DNA from: a virus | Virus record (IMG/VR): IMGVR_UViG_3300037245_000806 | Coordinates: 79,034 to 143,033 of that record | Length of the DNA: 64,000 nucleotides | Reading direction: 5' to 3' (one strand) | In this document: positions 1 through 9,660 of the stretch, in pieces | How positions within the stretch are numbered: the stretch's first letter is position 1 | How the letters are laid out: the number at the start of each line of letters is the position of its first letter | Made by a program: the position numbers and the translations under genes | The notes under the pieces: generated by a model | The model's database searches: none | Told to the model about the DNA's origin: nothing | Seen by the model: only the letters and a program-made list of their open reading frames with translations

Positions 1-414
1 TTCGGCGAGGTCATCAAGAGTCTTACAGATACGCTCGTCTGTATCCTTGAATGATGTGTGTTCCGCGCGCATGTCGCGGAGTATAAGGCTCGTATCACGC
101 GCGTCCTTCTCGCGTTGCTTGGCACCATCTTGGAGGGTCTGCTGAATGGTACTTACATGCTCTAGGCGCTTGGCAGTTTCCAGATTCATCGTAGTTTGCA
201 CGCCCCGGTCTGCATGGATGGCGTCGAACTTCTTGTCTGATTCCTCGACGTGCTTCTGGACAATGGTGAGGGTCTTCTCGATCTGCGTGCTCTGCTTTCC
301 GATCACGCGATACTGGACTATCTCGGCCACGAAATAGGTGGTTACGAGAAACGCGACGAAAGCCAACGCCCTGAGCACATTCGTGACCGTCAGGAACTTG
401 CCTTCTTTAGGCAT
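1..414 (-). CDS. Partial CDS (runs off the window): single-TM protein with coiled-coil, holin/lysis-type candidate
   Basis: Read by hand, not in the ORF track. ATG at 414 follows GAAGGA; MPKEGKFLTVTNVLRALAFVAFLVTTYFVAEIVQY is followed by a heptad-rich region; the frame is open to position 1. Confidence 0.6.
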   Translation of the reverse strand, partial: MPKEGKFLTVTNVLRALAFVAFLVTTYFVAEIVQYRVIGKQSTQIEKTLTIVQKHVEESDKKFDAIHADRGVQTTMNLETAKRLEHVSTIQQTLQDGAKQREKDARDTSLILRDMRAEHTSFKDTDERICKTLDDLAE

Positions 415-586
415 CGTTTTTGCGTCCTTCCATTCGAGGTCCAGCGTAGTTACCCAACGGCCAGTACCACGGTGCCCCACTCGGCTTGAAACAGGACGCG
501 CACGCTATTATCCCGGCACAATACGCTCCGGGTGTTGCAACAAGCATTCCTATCACCAATCCGAGGAGCCACCACATTTCGCCCCC

Positions 587-991
587 TTACGAACCGACTT
601 CATCTCGATATTGAGGCCACATGAAGTGACCCACAGGGAACCCGAGCGCGAACACGACATGCGGATGATTGCACAAGTAGTCGATTGGCGCAAGTGAAGG
701 ACACGTCAATGCGAGACCGGTGAGGAGAATGCCGAGGAGAGCGACGACGATCAACCGTTGCTTCAATGTGGAGTTGTCGCGGGGTCCATCCTTGTGCCAG
801 AAGATGTGCCCGGCGAGGACGCCGAACACATACGGGAAGCCCAACAGGCGAGACGTGATCCGCAGGACTGCGCTGATCGTAGTGTCCTCCAACCCATCGT
901 GTAATAGTACCACATCCCACACGATCAAGCCAGCAGCGAGCGCTAGAATTCCGTACAGCGTCTTTCGCCCGTCAGATGTCAGCAGACCCAT
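587..991 (-). CDS. Small multi-pass membrane protein (holin-like candidate)
   Basis: 134 aa with 3-4 hydrophobic segments and an internal repeat (FGVLAGHIFW / FALGFPVGHFMW); lies downstream of the tail genes. Confidence 0.55.
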   Translation of the reverse strand: MGLLTSDGRKTLYGILALAAGLIVWDVVLLHDGLEDTTISAVLRITSRLLGFPYVFGVLAGHIFWHKDGPRDNSTLKQRLIVVALLGILLTGLALTCPSLAPIDYLCNHPHVVFALGFPVGHFMWPQYRDEVGS

Positions 992-996
992 GTTAC

Positions 997-1593
997 CTAC
1001 CGCTCATCTTCGACGGCGACGACCTCTGCGACTGTCTCGCAGGCAGCCACCAGCATCTTGAGCGCGCGTCCGCTGTCGGTGTGCGTCTTGACCGTGCCGA
1101 GCGCGGTCAGATAGAACGTGTTGTACGCGGCTTCGTCCGCAAGCGCATGCTCAATGTCAGCGTCACTCGTGGATACCTTGTGCGGGAACGTGATCTGACC
1201 CATGTCGATGGCAGCCTTCACCCCGACGATGTTCATCTGCGCTTGGTCAGACAAGCTGAACTGATGCCCGTCATAGGTGAAGCCCTCGCCGATCTTCACA
1301 CGCGTAGTCACGTCGATCTCCGCACCCTTGGCGACCTTGACAACATCCAGCGGGCGCTCGTCGAGCGTCTTGGGGCGCACCGCCGTCTTGGCGTCGAGGT
1401 CGTAGGTCCAGTCATTCAACCGGACGGTGTGCGTGAGCGGGTTGAGTGCTGGCGTCGAGACAGTCGTCTCCGCGAGGAACACGATGTTCTCCGCGAGTCC
1501 CGGTATCTCCCCGGTGCCCTCTTCCGTCGTGGGCCACGGCCTGCCATGCGCGACGGCCTCGCCCGCGTCGGTGTCATAGATCGTATACAGCAT
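997..1593 (-). CDS. DUF4376-like tail fibre assembly/chaperone protein
   Basis: C-terminal GFTYDGHQFSLSDQAQMNI...GRALKMLVAACETVAEVVAV pattern typical of DUF4376; follows the fibre genes; RBS AGGAGGA. Confidence 0.7.
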   Translation of the reverse strand: MLYTIYDTDAGEAVAHGRPWPTTEEGTGEIPGLAENIVFLAETTVSTPALNPLTHTVRLNDWTYDLDAKTAVRPKTLDERPLDVVKVAKGAEIDVTTRVKIGEGFTYDGHQFSLSDQAQMNIVGVKAAIDMGQITFPHKVSTSDADIEHALADEAAYNTFYLTALGTVKTHTDSGRALKMLVAACETVAEVVAVEDER

Positions 1594-1602
1594 ATCGTCC
1601 TC

Positions 1603-3702
1603 CTAGATCGTTGGTGCTGCATCCTTGTACGGATGTCCACCGGGGAGCTTGCTTTCCTGCCCCCACTTCCAAGCGAAGTAGCCTTCCATCCGCTGCCGAT
1701 CAGCTTCGGTGAGTTCACCATCGACAATGACGATCTCACCGATCATACCATCCGCCGCGTGCGCGTACTGGTTGTCCGCGATGGCATTCATACCGAGCGT
1801 CCTCGGATAGCGGTATAGTCCCGCGTTGTCGGTCAGTACACCATCGACACTGAACTGCTTCTGCGACGTGCGGATGTGCGAGAGGAAGCCGAGGATGTAG
1901 TCGGTGGCGATGACCGCAGTCTGAGCCGCCTTCGTGTCGGTCGGACTCCACGGCGAGGCGCTTCCCCAGTTCCGAATCAAGCCGGTCGTGAGGACCGTGT
2001 TCTGCGTGTTGCTGCCTCCGATGCAGGTGAAGTCAGCGACCAGCGCGTCGATGTTGATGACGCACCACATCTCCTTGCCGATCATGTCGATGGCTGAACC
2101 GAAGTCGAGGTGCTGACTCGACGCGCCCACGTAGTCGAAGACGTTCTCGCCGCCGATGGTGCGCGTCCCGGTCGTCGGCCTGTTCCCGCCCGACTGCGTG
2201 GCGTCGTTTTCCCTGCCGCTCTTGTCGTCAATCTGATCGACCGCGCCAGCCGTGTCGGAGATCGTCGCGGAGTCGGCGGTATCCCACCACGCTTCGAGGG
2301 GTTCCCCGGCGTCCTTCGGCGTCCACGCCCGCGTCGCACGAGTCGGAGCGTGGCCCTTGTACGGGTGCCCGATGGGGAGTAGTGCTTGGATGCCCCACTT
2401 CCACGCGAGGTATCCCTCGATCTTCTGAATGTTGGCAAGCGTCAGGTCCGTGATGACAATGAACTCAGCCATCGCGCCGTCAGGAATAGCCGTGCCCGCG
2501 CGGTCAGCGAACATCCTGAGAGTCTGCGAGGCCGAGAGCTTGGTCGAGTACGTCTGCGGCGTCCCGTTCACTTCCCCATCGACCCGCGCACTGATCTCTG
2601 TGTCGCCGGTGAAATCGAAGATGGACGCGAACATGTGCGCGCCCGTGTAAGGGCCACCCGTTAGCGCGACGTTGGTGCCTCCCGTGGCGTCAATCTCACC
2701 GTCGAACTGACTCGCGTTCGCAGCGTCTAGCTGGTAGTCCTCCGCAGCGTCCGCGCTCCACAGTGAATCGTTCGCGTCGTCCACCGAGTCGATCAACACG
2801 ACGCCGATGACCGCGTGGTCTCCCGAGGCGTCGATGGGGAAGGCGGTCTTCGCCATGAAGTCGCCGCCGTCGCAGTCGAGGACGTTCAAACCGTTCTGTG
2901 TGCGTGCGCCCGAGGTCGGCTGCGCTGCCACAGTCGCTTGAACCAGATCGCGCTGCTGGTTCGCCTTGTCCTGCCACAAGCTCACGTCTGCGGCTTCAAC
3001 CGTCAGGAGTGGCGATATTCCGTAGATCGGAAGATCGTAGGTGTCAGTATTGACGCCACGATCAATCCAGAACTGTTGCTCGGCCCGTGCAAGACCCAAG
3101 TTGGTGTTGCCACCGTTGCCAAGAGGATTTTCGGCAGTGCCGTCCCAACGAGTACCCGTCCAGACAGCACACCACGATGTCCAAATAGGAGTGTCATTCG
3201 GACGCAGGTTTCCGTCTTCGTCCAAGTCTATATTGACTCTGGCCCAACTACTGCTAGGCCACATATCTGAGAGCTTGAGGAAAGCCACCTGTGCGCCGTC
3301 CATCAGGATAACCGCACTGTCCGTGTCGGAGCCGGGATCGGTGTTAGTATTATCTTTCGCGTCTACAGTGGCCGTGGACACAACAGCCGTCCATCCCGTA
3401 CCGAGTCCAGCCGCAGTCGCTAGGTTCTGAATGAACGTGTTGTAGTCCGCTATCGTTGCAGACGACCCATCCCGCACGCCACTCGACACGAACATCAGTC
3501 GGTACTTGTCCCCGACCTGCCACGGCTTCCCTGTGTTGGGATTGATCGGGAGCGCGTCAACGTCGAGGACGCCAAGCTCGCCAGCCGCACCGAGGATCGT
3601 CGCCTCGTCGGCGGCGTCATACCACGCGTCGAGGTCGATCTCAGACGGGAGCCACGGCGTAGACGGGATACCAAATGTCCTGAATGGGTTGATGATCTCC
3701 AT
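1603..3702 (-). CDS. Tail/receptor-binding protein: two LamG-like repeats, the first interrupted by a C-type-lectin-like domain
   Basis: Repeats W(Y/W)DxADxATI...(I/M)EGY(L/F)AWKWG...LPxGHPYK occur twice; the insert is YRLMFVSSGVRD...VWTGT...IYGISPLLTV. Confidence 0.75.
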   Translation of the reverse strand: MEIINPFRTFGIPSTPWLPSEIDLDAWYDAADEATILGAAGELGVLDVDALPINPNTGKPWQVGDKYRLMFVSSGVRDGSSATIADYNTFIQNLATAAGLGTGWTAVVSTATVDAKDNTNTDPGSDTDSAVILMDGAQVAFLKLSDMWPSSSWARVNIDLDEDGNLRPNDTPIWTSWCAVWTGTRWDGTAENPLGNGGNTNLGLARAEQQFWIDRGVNTDTYDLPIYGISPLLTVEAADVSLWQDKANQQRDLVQATVAAQPTSGARTQNGLNVLDCDGGDFMAKTAFPIDASGDHAVIGVVLIDSVDDANDSLWSADAAEDYQLDAANASQFDGEIDATGGTNVALTGGPYTGAHMFASIFDFTGDTEISARVDGEVNGTPQTYSTKLSASQTLRMFADRAGTAIPDGAMAEFIVITDLTLANIQKIEGYLAWKWGIQALLPIGHPYKGHAPTRATRAWTPKDAGEPLEAWWDTADSATISDTAGAVDQIDDKSGRENDATQSGGNRPTTGTRTIGGENVFDYVGASSQHLDFGSAIDMIGKEMWCVINIDALVADFTCIGGSNTQNTVLTTGLIRNWGSASPWSPTDTKAAQTAVIATDYILGFLSHIRTSQKQFSVDGVLTDNAGLYRYPRTLGMNAIADNQYAHAADGMIGEIVIVDGELTEADRQRMEGYFAWKWGQESKLPGGHPYKDAAPTI

Positions 3703-4502
3703 TATGGCTGCGCTCCGATCAGCGCAATCTTCAATCCCAAGCCCGCGACGGAGGCACCTACGGCGTCGATGTCCACTGTGATCTCCACGTCGCCCCCGAG
3801 ATTCGGGTCGTCGATGACAGGAGGCGTCACTGCGGTCACGGAGGTCTTCTCCCCGGCGTCAATCGTGATCTCCGTAGTGAGAATGGAGACGCCACCCACA
3901 TTGATGTCCACCGTGATAGCAGAGCCGGTGGGCGCGGTCTTCACGTTCGCACGCACCCCCGAGAGTACGAACGCGTAAGGCATTCGGAACGTGAGCTTGT
4001 CCGTTCCCGTAGTCAGCGGAGTAAACTCGTTGCTCACCGCAGCGACGATGGCCTCGACGGGGTTGCCAGCGTGACCAATCAACTCGATCTTCAAGCCCGC
4101 CCCGGCGATGGTCGAGCCTATAGCGTCGATGTCCACGGTGATCTCTGCATCGTCCACGAGGTTCACGTCGTCGAGCACAGGAGGATTCACTGAGTCGAGC
4201 GAGGTCTTGGTCCCCGCGTCAATGCTGATCTTCGTCGAGAGGATGCTTACGGGACCGCCGCCTGTGTCCTGATTGATGTCCACCACGAGGGCCGACCCCG
4301 TGGGAGCCGTCTTCGAGTTCGCGCGGACGCCGGTCAGTGTGAATCCATAGGGGACGCGGAACGTGAGCTTGGCGCTCCCTGTAGTCAGGATCGAATCTTC
4401 GTCGCCCACCGCAGCCATGATCGACTGCCTGACGTTGCCGCCGGGCACACCGGGATCGCCCTTCGGCCCTTGGAGTAGCTCAATCGCTGATTCATCAGCC
4501 AT
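3702..4502 (-). CDS. Virion structural protein with two tandem ~110-aa beta-rich repeats
   Basis: KLTFR(V/M)PY.F.L.GVRAN.KTAPTGSA..VDIN...EITVDIDA.G...AG.GLKI.LIG occurs twice; short collagen-like GPKGDPGVPG near the N-terminus. Confidence 0.75.
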   Translation of the reverse strand: MADESAIELLQGPKGDPGVPGGNVRQSIMAAVGDEDSILTTGSAKLTFRVPYGFTLTGVRANSKTAPTGSALVVDINQDTGGGPVSILSTKISIDAGTKTSLDSVNPPVLDDVNLVDDAEITVDIDAIGSTIAGAGLKIELIGHAGNPVEAIVAAVSNEFTPLTTGTDKLTFRMPYAFVLSGVRANVKTAPTGSAITVDINVGGVSILTTEITIDAGEKTSVTAVTPPVIDDPNLGGDVEITVDIDAVGASVAGLGLKIALIGAQP

Positions 4503-4510
4503 GACTCACC

Positions 4511-4771
4511 CTATCCTGCTTGCGCCAGCTTCGCCTTTATGCCAAGGCACTTGATGCTGCCTTCTTTGAACTTGCGACACGTCGCCGGACGATCTTCGTA
4601 GATGGTACATAACATTGTGTCAAGGTCCAGCGCCACGCACGTCTCGTCAGCCCGCTGTTGCATGTACCTTACGCCGCCAAGGGTGAACGTCATCTCCTCG
4701 GGGACGTTGTTGAAGCGACCCACATCCGTGAGCATCTTGTGACAACACGCCCCGCAGCCCATGCAGCCCAT
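4511..4771 (-). CDS. YkgJ-family (CxxCxxCC) cysteine-cluster protein
   Basis: CMGCGACC...CVALD..TMLCTIYEDRPATCRKF signature. Confidence 0.85.
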   Translation of the reverse strand: MGCMGCGACCHKMLTDVGRFNNVPEEMTFTLGGVRYMQQRADETCVALDLDTMLCTIYEDRPATCRKFKEGSIKCLGIKAKLAQAG

Positions 4772-4778
4772 GATTCAC

Positions 4779-7700
4779 CTACTCATTGAGAGTACCCACC
4801 TGCCACTCCCGAATACCATAGAAGAAGTTCTCCAACACGACGTCGGCTACAAGATCGTCACTCCCATGATTGGCGGGGCGCTGTAGTCTACACCAGATGA
4901 TATCGCCCGTCTTCCGGTCAGAGATGTCTATTCGCTTAGCGAGTACGTATCGTTGCGACCTGCCCGCAGGCCAAAGGTTAGTGAACGTGATGAGATTCAC
5001 CTGCGTGGGCTCCTCAAGCGCAGAGCCATTGAACGTCGCACCCGGACCTGTCTTCGCTGCGTAGAGGTTCATCACAGCGACCTTGTCGCCCCCGGCAATT
5101 GGAGCATCAGCGGACAACTCGAAGACCACCTGTATACCGGACGACGTGTCCATGTCTGCCGTGATGAGAATGCGGAAGTACATGTCATCGTCTTTTGTGT
5201 CCTCGAACTTGTTCTCCTTGAGCCCGAACGCAGGGATGTTGGCCGATATGTCAATGGACTGATCGCCAGCGCCACCCTTGAACACACCCGACTCGGAAAG
5301 CTGAGGGCGGGCCGTGCGCGCGTCACCATGATGTGAGACCGTCCCGTTGGGGCGTATCTCGAAGTAACTTCCCTTCATGCGGGGCGACCTGAGTATCGGC
5401 GACGTAGTGATCGCAGTCACGATGCGACAGCGCATCCAGTAACCGGTGTCGCCATCCACAGCAACCGTCGCCCAACCCGCCGCACTCGGGCTGGCCTCAG
5501 TGACCCCATCGTGGATGCGCTGGTCCCAACGGATCGTATAGCCCTTGTCGCTCGCGCCGCCGAAGCTCACGTCGGCAGTCGAGTTGGAGAAGCCCGACCG
5601 CGTGTTCAGTGAATTGATCGCCAGCCAACTCGCCGAACCGCCGTCGTAGTATTCCCACACGATAGAGCCCGCCCCGAGATTGATCGGGGTGATGCCCATG
5701 ATGTACCCAATGGCGTGAAAGATGAATGGGCTCAGGTCACCGAAATAGATCGCCGCGTCGGCGTTCACATTCGGGAAGCTGATATCATTACCATCGGCCA
5801 CGTCGGCATAGGTGGCGCTGCCATCGAACGTCTTGACCTTCGTCCCGAAGAAGTACGGGCCACCCTGCCCTGCGCGGAGGAAGTTGCCACCCGTTTGTCC
5901 GTGAGAGCCGACCGCCATGTCTTCGAGGAAGCGGTACACGTTCACATCGGTATCGAATCCACCAATGTTGACCGTAGCACCCGCAGCGATGCTCACACGG
6001 TCCCGCGAGAAGGAGACGGTCTGCGCCTCGATGACACCCGACGCCGTCTCGACAAGTATGTCAAAGATGGTTGACTCGATCTGAATACCCTGCGCGGAAA
6101 TCTGACCTCCGCTGCCGCCTGTACGGAAACCGTAGTCCCCTCCGCTTAGTCGTCCACCGATTACAGCGATAACACCGCTGTCGGCGTATGCGCTATTGAT
6201 GACCTGATTGCTTGTTGACGCGAAGCCGACTGCCGCCACCACAGCACCCGGCGCAGAGGCATGAAGGACTGTATCAACAGGCGCATTCCTGATAATCATC
6301 GACGTGTACGACAAGACCGTTCCGCCAGCAACCGACGACCTGAAGTACGTCCCAAGCGATGTTATCGGCGCAGCCGCGCAGTCATAGCAGAGGACGAGAG
6401 CGCCTGCTGCGGCACACTCGATGCCGACCAGCCCATCCTCAACACGAATGTCGCGGAGAACCCATGTACCATTACTGACGGACATCTTGGCGAGCGCAGC
6501 AGTCGTAGTGCCCCTCAGCGTGAAGCCCTCAAGCTCGCTGTTGTCTGCGCCAGCGAACAGGTCGGAACTCGACGTGTCAGCCTCGATGACTGTACTCGAC
6601 GCGCCATTGCATGACACAATGTCAACATACGGGATGTTCACGAGCGGGTTGTCTTCAATGAAGACGCCGGGGCCGACCTTGATGATGTATCGGTTGGTCA
6701 CGTCTGCATCCGTGATCGTGGACAACGCGTGCTTGAGCGTCAGGAACGGGGAGGTCATGTGCCCCAACCCGGTGAGGTCACTCCCGTTCTTCGCAACCCA
6801 CAAGAGATTCTTGATTACGGTCTGAGGCTGCGCGGAGAGCTTGAGACCGATCAGGTCGAGTATCTCGCCCTTGTCTGTTGTCGAGGTGCGGAGGACGGGG
6901 AGGACGATCTGACCCACCGTTGTCGGCTTGGTCGTAGTGGGGACACCTGCCGACGTCGGGCTGAGGAAGTATGTCGTGTTGACAGTCAGCGCGCCACCAT
7001 TCTGCCACCCCGTGATAACCACGTCACCGATCTTCTGCACGGTGAAGTTGTCCACGCCAGCAACAGCGATAACGACCCAACACGCCTCCGCGTTAAGCGA
7101 CGAGTCAGCCTTCGCGCGGACCCAACCTGCGTTGGTCGGGCGAACCACGGTGACTGCCGTAGTCGGTGCAGTGAAACCATGCGCCACCTGATTGACGCTC
7201 AACGAACCGCCACCGAGGTCGAGGTCGTCAATCGTGTCAAGCGCCTTCTGCACATCGGTATCTGAGGCGGACAGGTTCTTGGTGAAGGCAGCCACGACTG
7301 TGGAGATAGCGCTCGCCGGGTGCGAGTCGGGTGCGGAGCGACCCGTCGTGCCAGCGTGTACTATCGAGCCCGCATCGACAGCCGGGCCAGTGCTGACGTT
7401 ACGGTAGTCTACCGCTGAGATGAAGTCAGGCGTCCCGCCCACGTTCCGATACGTGACGCGGTACAGCAACTTCCACTCGGCCACGCCCATCAAGATAGCC
7501 GGGAAGCTCTCATTCTCTGCCCCGGACACAGTGGTGTATTGCGCCTGCCCGACGAGCGTCTGAATCGGTGAGCCCAAGACGCCTGCGCCATAGATGTAGT
7601 AGTTGATGTACCGATTGTTCGCCGCAGCGGTCAGCGTTCCCGCATCGTCAAACATGAGCGTGTCATCGACGCCCGCGTTGACAACACGATACGGTGTGGC

Positions 7701-8276
7701 GACGGCGTTCTCTACGCGCATCGACGTGAGGCCAGCATTCCGATACCAGATGTTACCGCTCGCCTGCGCGATGATGTTGTGCAGCAACTCCTCGTCGAAG
7801 ACCACGCCCTGTTCGATGCTGAATGCCGCATCGAGGAACGCGCCCGCGAGGCCAGAGCCATAGCGCGTCCCGATAGAGAAATGGTCCAAGCGGTGCTGCA
7901 CCCGGTTGCTGCTGTAGTCATGGCGCTCTTCGGTGATCTTGTAAATCGCGCCGTCTCGGAACACCGTCGCCACAGGCACAGTGGAGGCGAGCAAGTCCCA
8001 CGGAGTCGTACTCTGCTGAAGCACGCCTGCGGGATCGAAATACACGAAGGTCAGGTCTTGGTCAGCCGCGATGGTGACGATATCCGTAGTCGTCTTTATT
8101 ACGAGCACTCCCTCGACCCAATAAGTATAGGACGCCGCCGAAGGCGCAATCTCGAAGTCCCCACCGTTCATCACCATGGTGGAGTCGGTGAGGTTCGGGA
8201 AGCCATGGAAAATCTTCTTGCCAGCGAGCGCGGGCAGAAGACCGGCAACCTGTTTCTGTTCAACCGGACTTGACAT
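4779..8276 (-). CDS. Large tail fibre/tailspike-like structural protein (central beta-helix-like region)
   Basis: 1165 aa, Gly/Ala/Thr/Val-rich; WVAKNGSDLTGLG..SPFLTLKHAL...YIIKVGPGVF is typical of the start of pectin-lyase-like beta-helices; NLSASDTDVQKALDTID is a fibre-type motif. Confidence 0.7.
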   Translation of the reverse strand: MSSPVEQKQVAGLLPALAGKKIFHGFPNLTDSTMVMNGGDFEIAPSAASYTYWVEGVLVIKTTTDIVTIAADQDLTFVYFDPAGVLQQSTTPWDLLASTVPVATVFRDGAIYKITEERHDYSSNRVQHRLDHFSIGTRYGSGLAGAFLDAAFSIEQGVVFDEELLHNIIAQASGNIWYRNAGLTSMRVENAVATPYRVVNAGVDDTLMFDDAGTLTAAANNRYINYYIYGAGVLGSPIQTLVGQAQYTTVSGAENESFPAILMGVAEWKLLYRVTYRNVGGTPDFISAVDYRNVSTGPAVDAGSIVHAGTTGRSAPDSHPASAISTVVAAFTKNLSASDTDVQKALDTIDDLDLGGGSLSVNQVAHGFTAPTTAVTVVRPTNAGWVRAKADSSLNAEACWVVIAVAGVDNFTVQKIGDVVITGWQNGGALTVNTTYFLSPTSAGVPTTTKPTTVGQIVLPVLRTSTTDKGEILDLIGLKLSAQPQTVIKNLLWVAKNGSDLTGLGHMTSPFLTLKHALSTITDADVTNRYIIKVGPGVFIEDNPLVNIPYVDIVSCNGASSTVIEADTSSSDLFAGADNSELEGFTLRGTTTAALAKMSVSNGTWVLRDIRVEDGLVGIECAAAGALVLCYDCAAAPITSLGTYFRSSVAGGTVLSYTSMIIRNAPVDTVLHASAPGAVVAAVGFASTSNQVINSAYADSGVIAVIGGRLSGGDYGFRTGGSGGQISAQGIQIESTIFDILVETASGVIEAQTVSFSRDRVSIAAGATVNIGGFDTDVNVYRFLEDMAVGSHGQTGGNFLRAGQGGPYFFGTKVKTFDGSATYADVADGNDISFPNVNADAAIYFGDLSPFIFHAIGYIMGITPINLGAGSIVWEYYDGGSASWLAINSLNTRSGFSNSTADVSFGGASDKGYTIRWDQRIHDGVTEASPSAAGWATVAVDGDTGYWMRCRIVTAITTSPILRSPRMKGSYFEIRPNGTVSHHGDARTARPQLSESGVFKGGAGDQSIDISANIPAFGLKENKFEDTKDDDMYFRILITADMDTSSGIQVVFELSADAPIAGGDKVAVMNLYAAKTGPGATFNGSALEEPTQVNLITFTNLWPAGRSQRYVLAKRIDISDRKTGDIIWCRLQRPANHGSDDLVADVVLENFFYGIREWQVGTLNE

Positions 8277-8288
8277 CAGCGCCCCCTA

Positions 8289-9650
8289 CTAGGCAGCGGT
8301 ATCGTAGACAAGCGCAATCGAGTCAGTCGCGGCATCAAGCTGATAGCCCGCACTTGAACCGCGCCAGTGCAGCGTGTCGGCAGCGTCGATGGCGCTCAGG
8401 GCACGGGCTGTTATCCCGGCGTCATCTGAGAAGAAACAGTCCTTCGTCTTGTCGCCGCCAAGCTCCACGCGAACGCCGTTGACATACACGTTGACCGCTC
8501 TGTCCCCGGCGGGCCTCTTCGTGATGGCAACGCCGGTCGCGTCATCGTCAGTCGTCGTAGTGCTCACCGGAAGGTCTTTGTCAGCGGCGGTCGGGGTCGC
8601 GGCCTTGAGTTGACTGCCGCTCTCCTTCACGGTGTCATCGTCAATCTTGACCGCGACACCGTTCACGTTCACGTCGATAACCTTGGCGAGGTTCGCACCG
8701 CCCGTAGCGTCAGGAACCACTGCGAGAGGTGTACCGCCACCGCCCGAGATGCCGTTGCCCGCGACCGAAGTGTTCAGATGCGACTCGGTGATACCGGCTG
8801 CCTTGACCCGCACTTCACCGACTTGCCCTGCCACGTCCGAAACCTCAATGGTAGCGTTGTCAGGGTTGACAGCGATGTCGTCGGCGTTGGCAAGGATGCC
8901 GCCGCCTTCATTGCCGCCACCGTCACCGAGCTTCTCACCGACGCTAATCGTGTTGCCACTCTTGGTGAGGCCTGCGCCCGCGTCGATCTGTCCAGCGCCG
9001 GAGGTCTGCGTGAACGTGAGCGCGGTCGTGTCAACGGTGATTGTGTCTGGTGTGATGAGCGTCCACTGCGAGTCCTGATTCACCGTTCCCGCAGCAACCC
9101 ACGCGTAGTCGCCGTGCTCGACTTCACCTGTGGGTGAACCGTCGAAGTCCTCGGCACGTGTGAATTCCGCCTGCACGCCGGTCGCGCCTTCGGTCGTACA
9201 CTTGTAAATACCGTGATCGACGTGCGCGCCTTCTGCCCCCTGCGCACCATTCTCGTTCTTCACGATCAAGCGGTCATCGAGGAGCACCTTCACGCTATCC
9301 ACGAAGAAGTCGCCGGTCGCGTCAATGGTGAGCGTGCGGCCCACGCCAGCCGGGCCACCCATCGTGTACGCGGGTAGTGCAGCAGCGGTCGCAAGGTTAC
9401 AGGTCTGCTTGGGGTGAAGCCCATTGGCAATATCGTCAACGTACTTCTTGTTGACCGCAGACGAGTCACCCGCTGGGGTGTCGGCTACTTGGATGTCACC
9501 TCCCGAGAAGTCGTAGGTCTGCGTCTTATCGACCTTCGAGGGGATCACTGCATTGTTGGCGAGTTGTGTGGTATCGACCGCGCCGTCTTCGAGCTTCCCG
9601 CCGGGGATGCTCTGGTCCTGCATCTGCTTTCCGTGAATCGGCTTACTCAT
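8289..9650 (-). CDS. Fibre-like structural protein
   Basis: AVNKKYVDDIANGL, RLIVKNE...GIY, FTQTSGAGQIDAGAGLTKSGNTI motifs common in large-phage fibre proteins; C-terminal module shared with 9661..11232. Confidence 0.75.
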   Translation of the reverse strand: MSKPIHGKQMQDQSIPGGKLEDGAVDTTQLANNAVIPSKVDKTQTYDFSGGDIQVADTPAGDSSAVNKKYVDDIANGLHPKQTCNLATAAALPAYTMGGPAGVGRTLTIDATGDFFVDSVKVLLDDRLIVKNENGAQGAEGAHVDHGIYKCTTEGATGVQAEFTRAEDFDGSPTGEVEHGDYAWVAAGTVNQDSQWTLITPDTITVDTTALTFTQTSGAGQIDAGAGLTKSGNTISVGEKLGDGGGNEGGGILANADDIAVNPDNATIEVSDVAGQVGEVRVKAAGITESHLNTSVAGNGISGGGGTPLAVVPDATGGANLAKVIDVNVNGVAVKIDDDTVKESGSQLKAATPTAADKDLPVSTTTTDDDATGVAITKRPAGDRAVNVYVNGVRVELGGDKTKDCFFSDDAGITARALSAIDAADTLHWRGSSAGYQLDAATDSIALVYDTAA

Positions 9651-9660
9651 CGAACACCCC

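Noticed and set aside
500-545. Sigma70 promoter upstream of the first partial gene
   Set aside because: TTGCAA and the nearest -10-like GATAAT are ~22-23 nt apart; the CCCGG/CCGGG hairpin is ambiguous.
1603-3702. Diversity-generating retroelement targeting the C-type-lectin-like domain
   Set aside because: I saw no reverse transcriptase and no template/variable repeat pair differing at adenines in the window; one elsewhere in the genome cannot be excluded.
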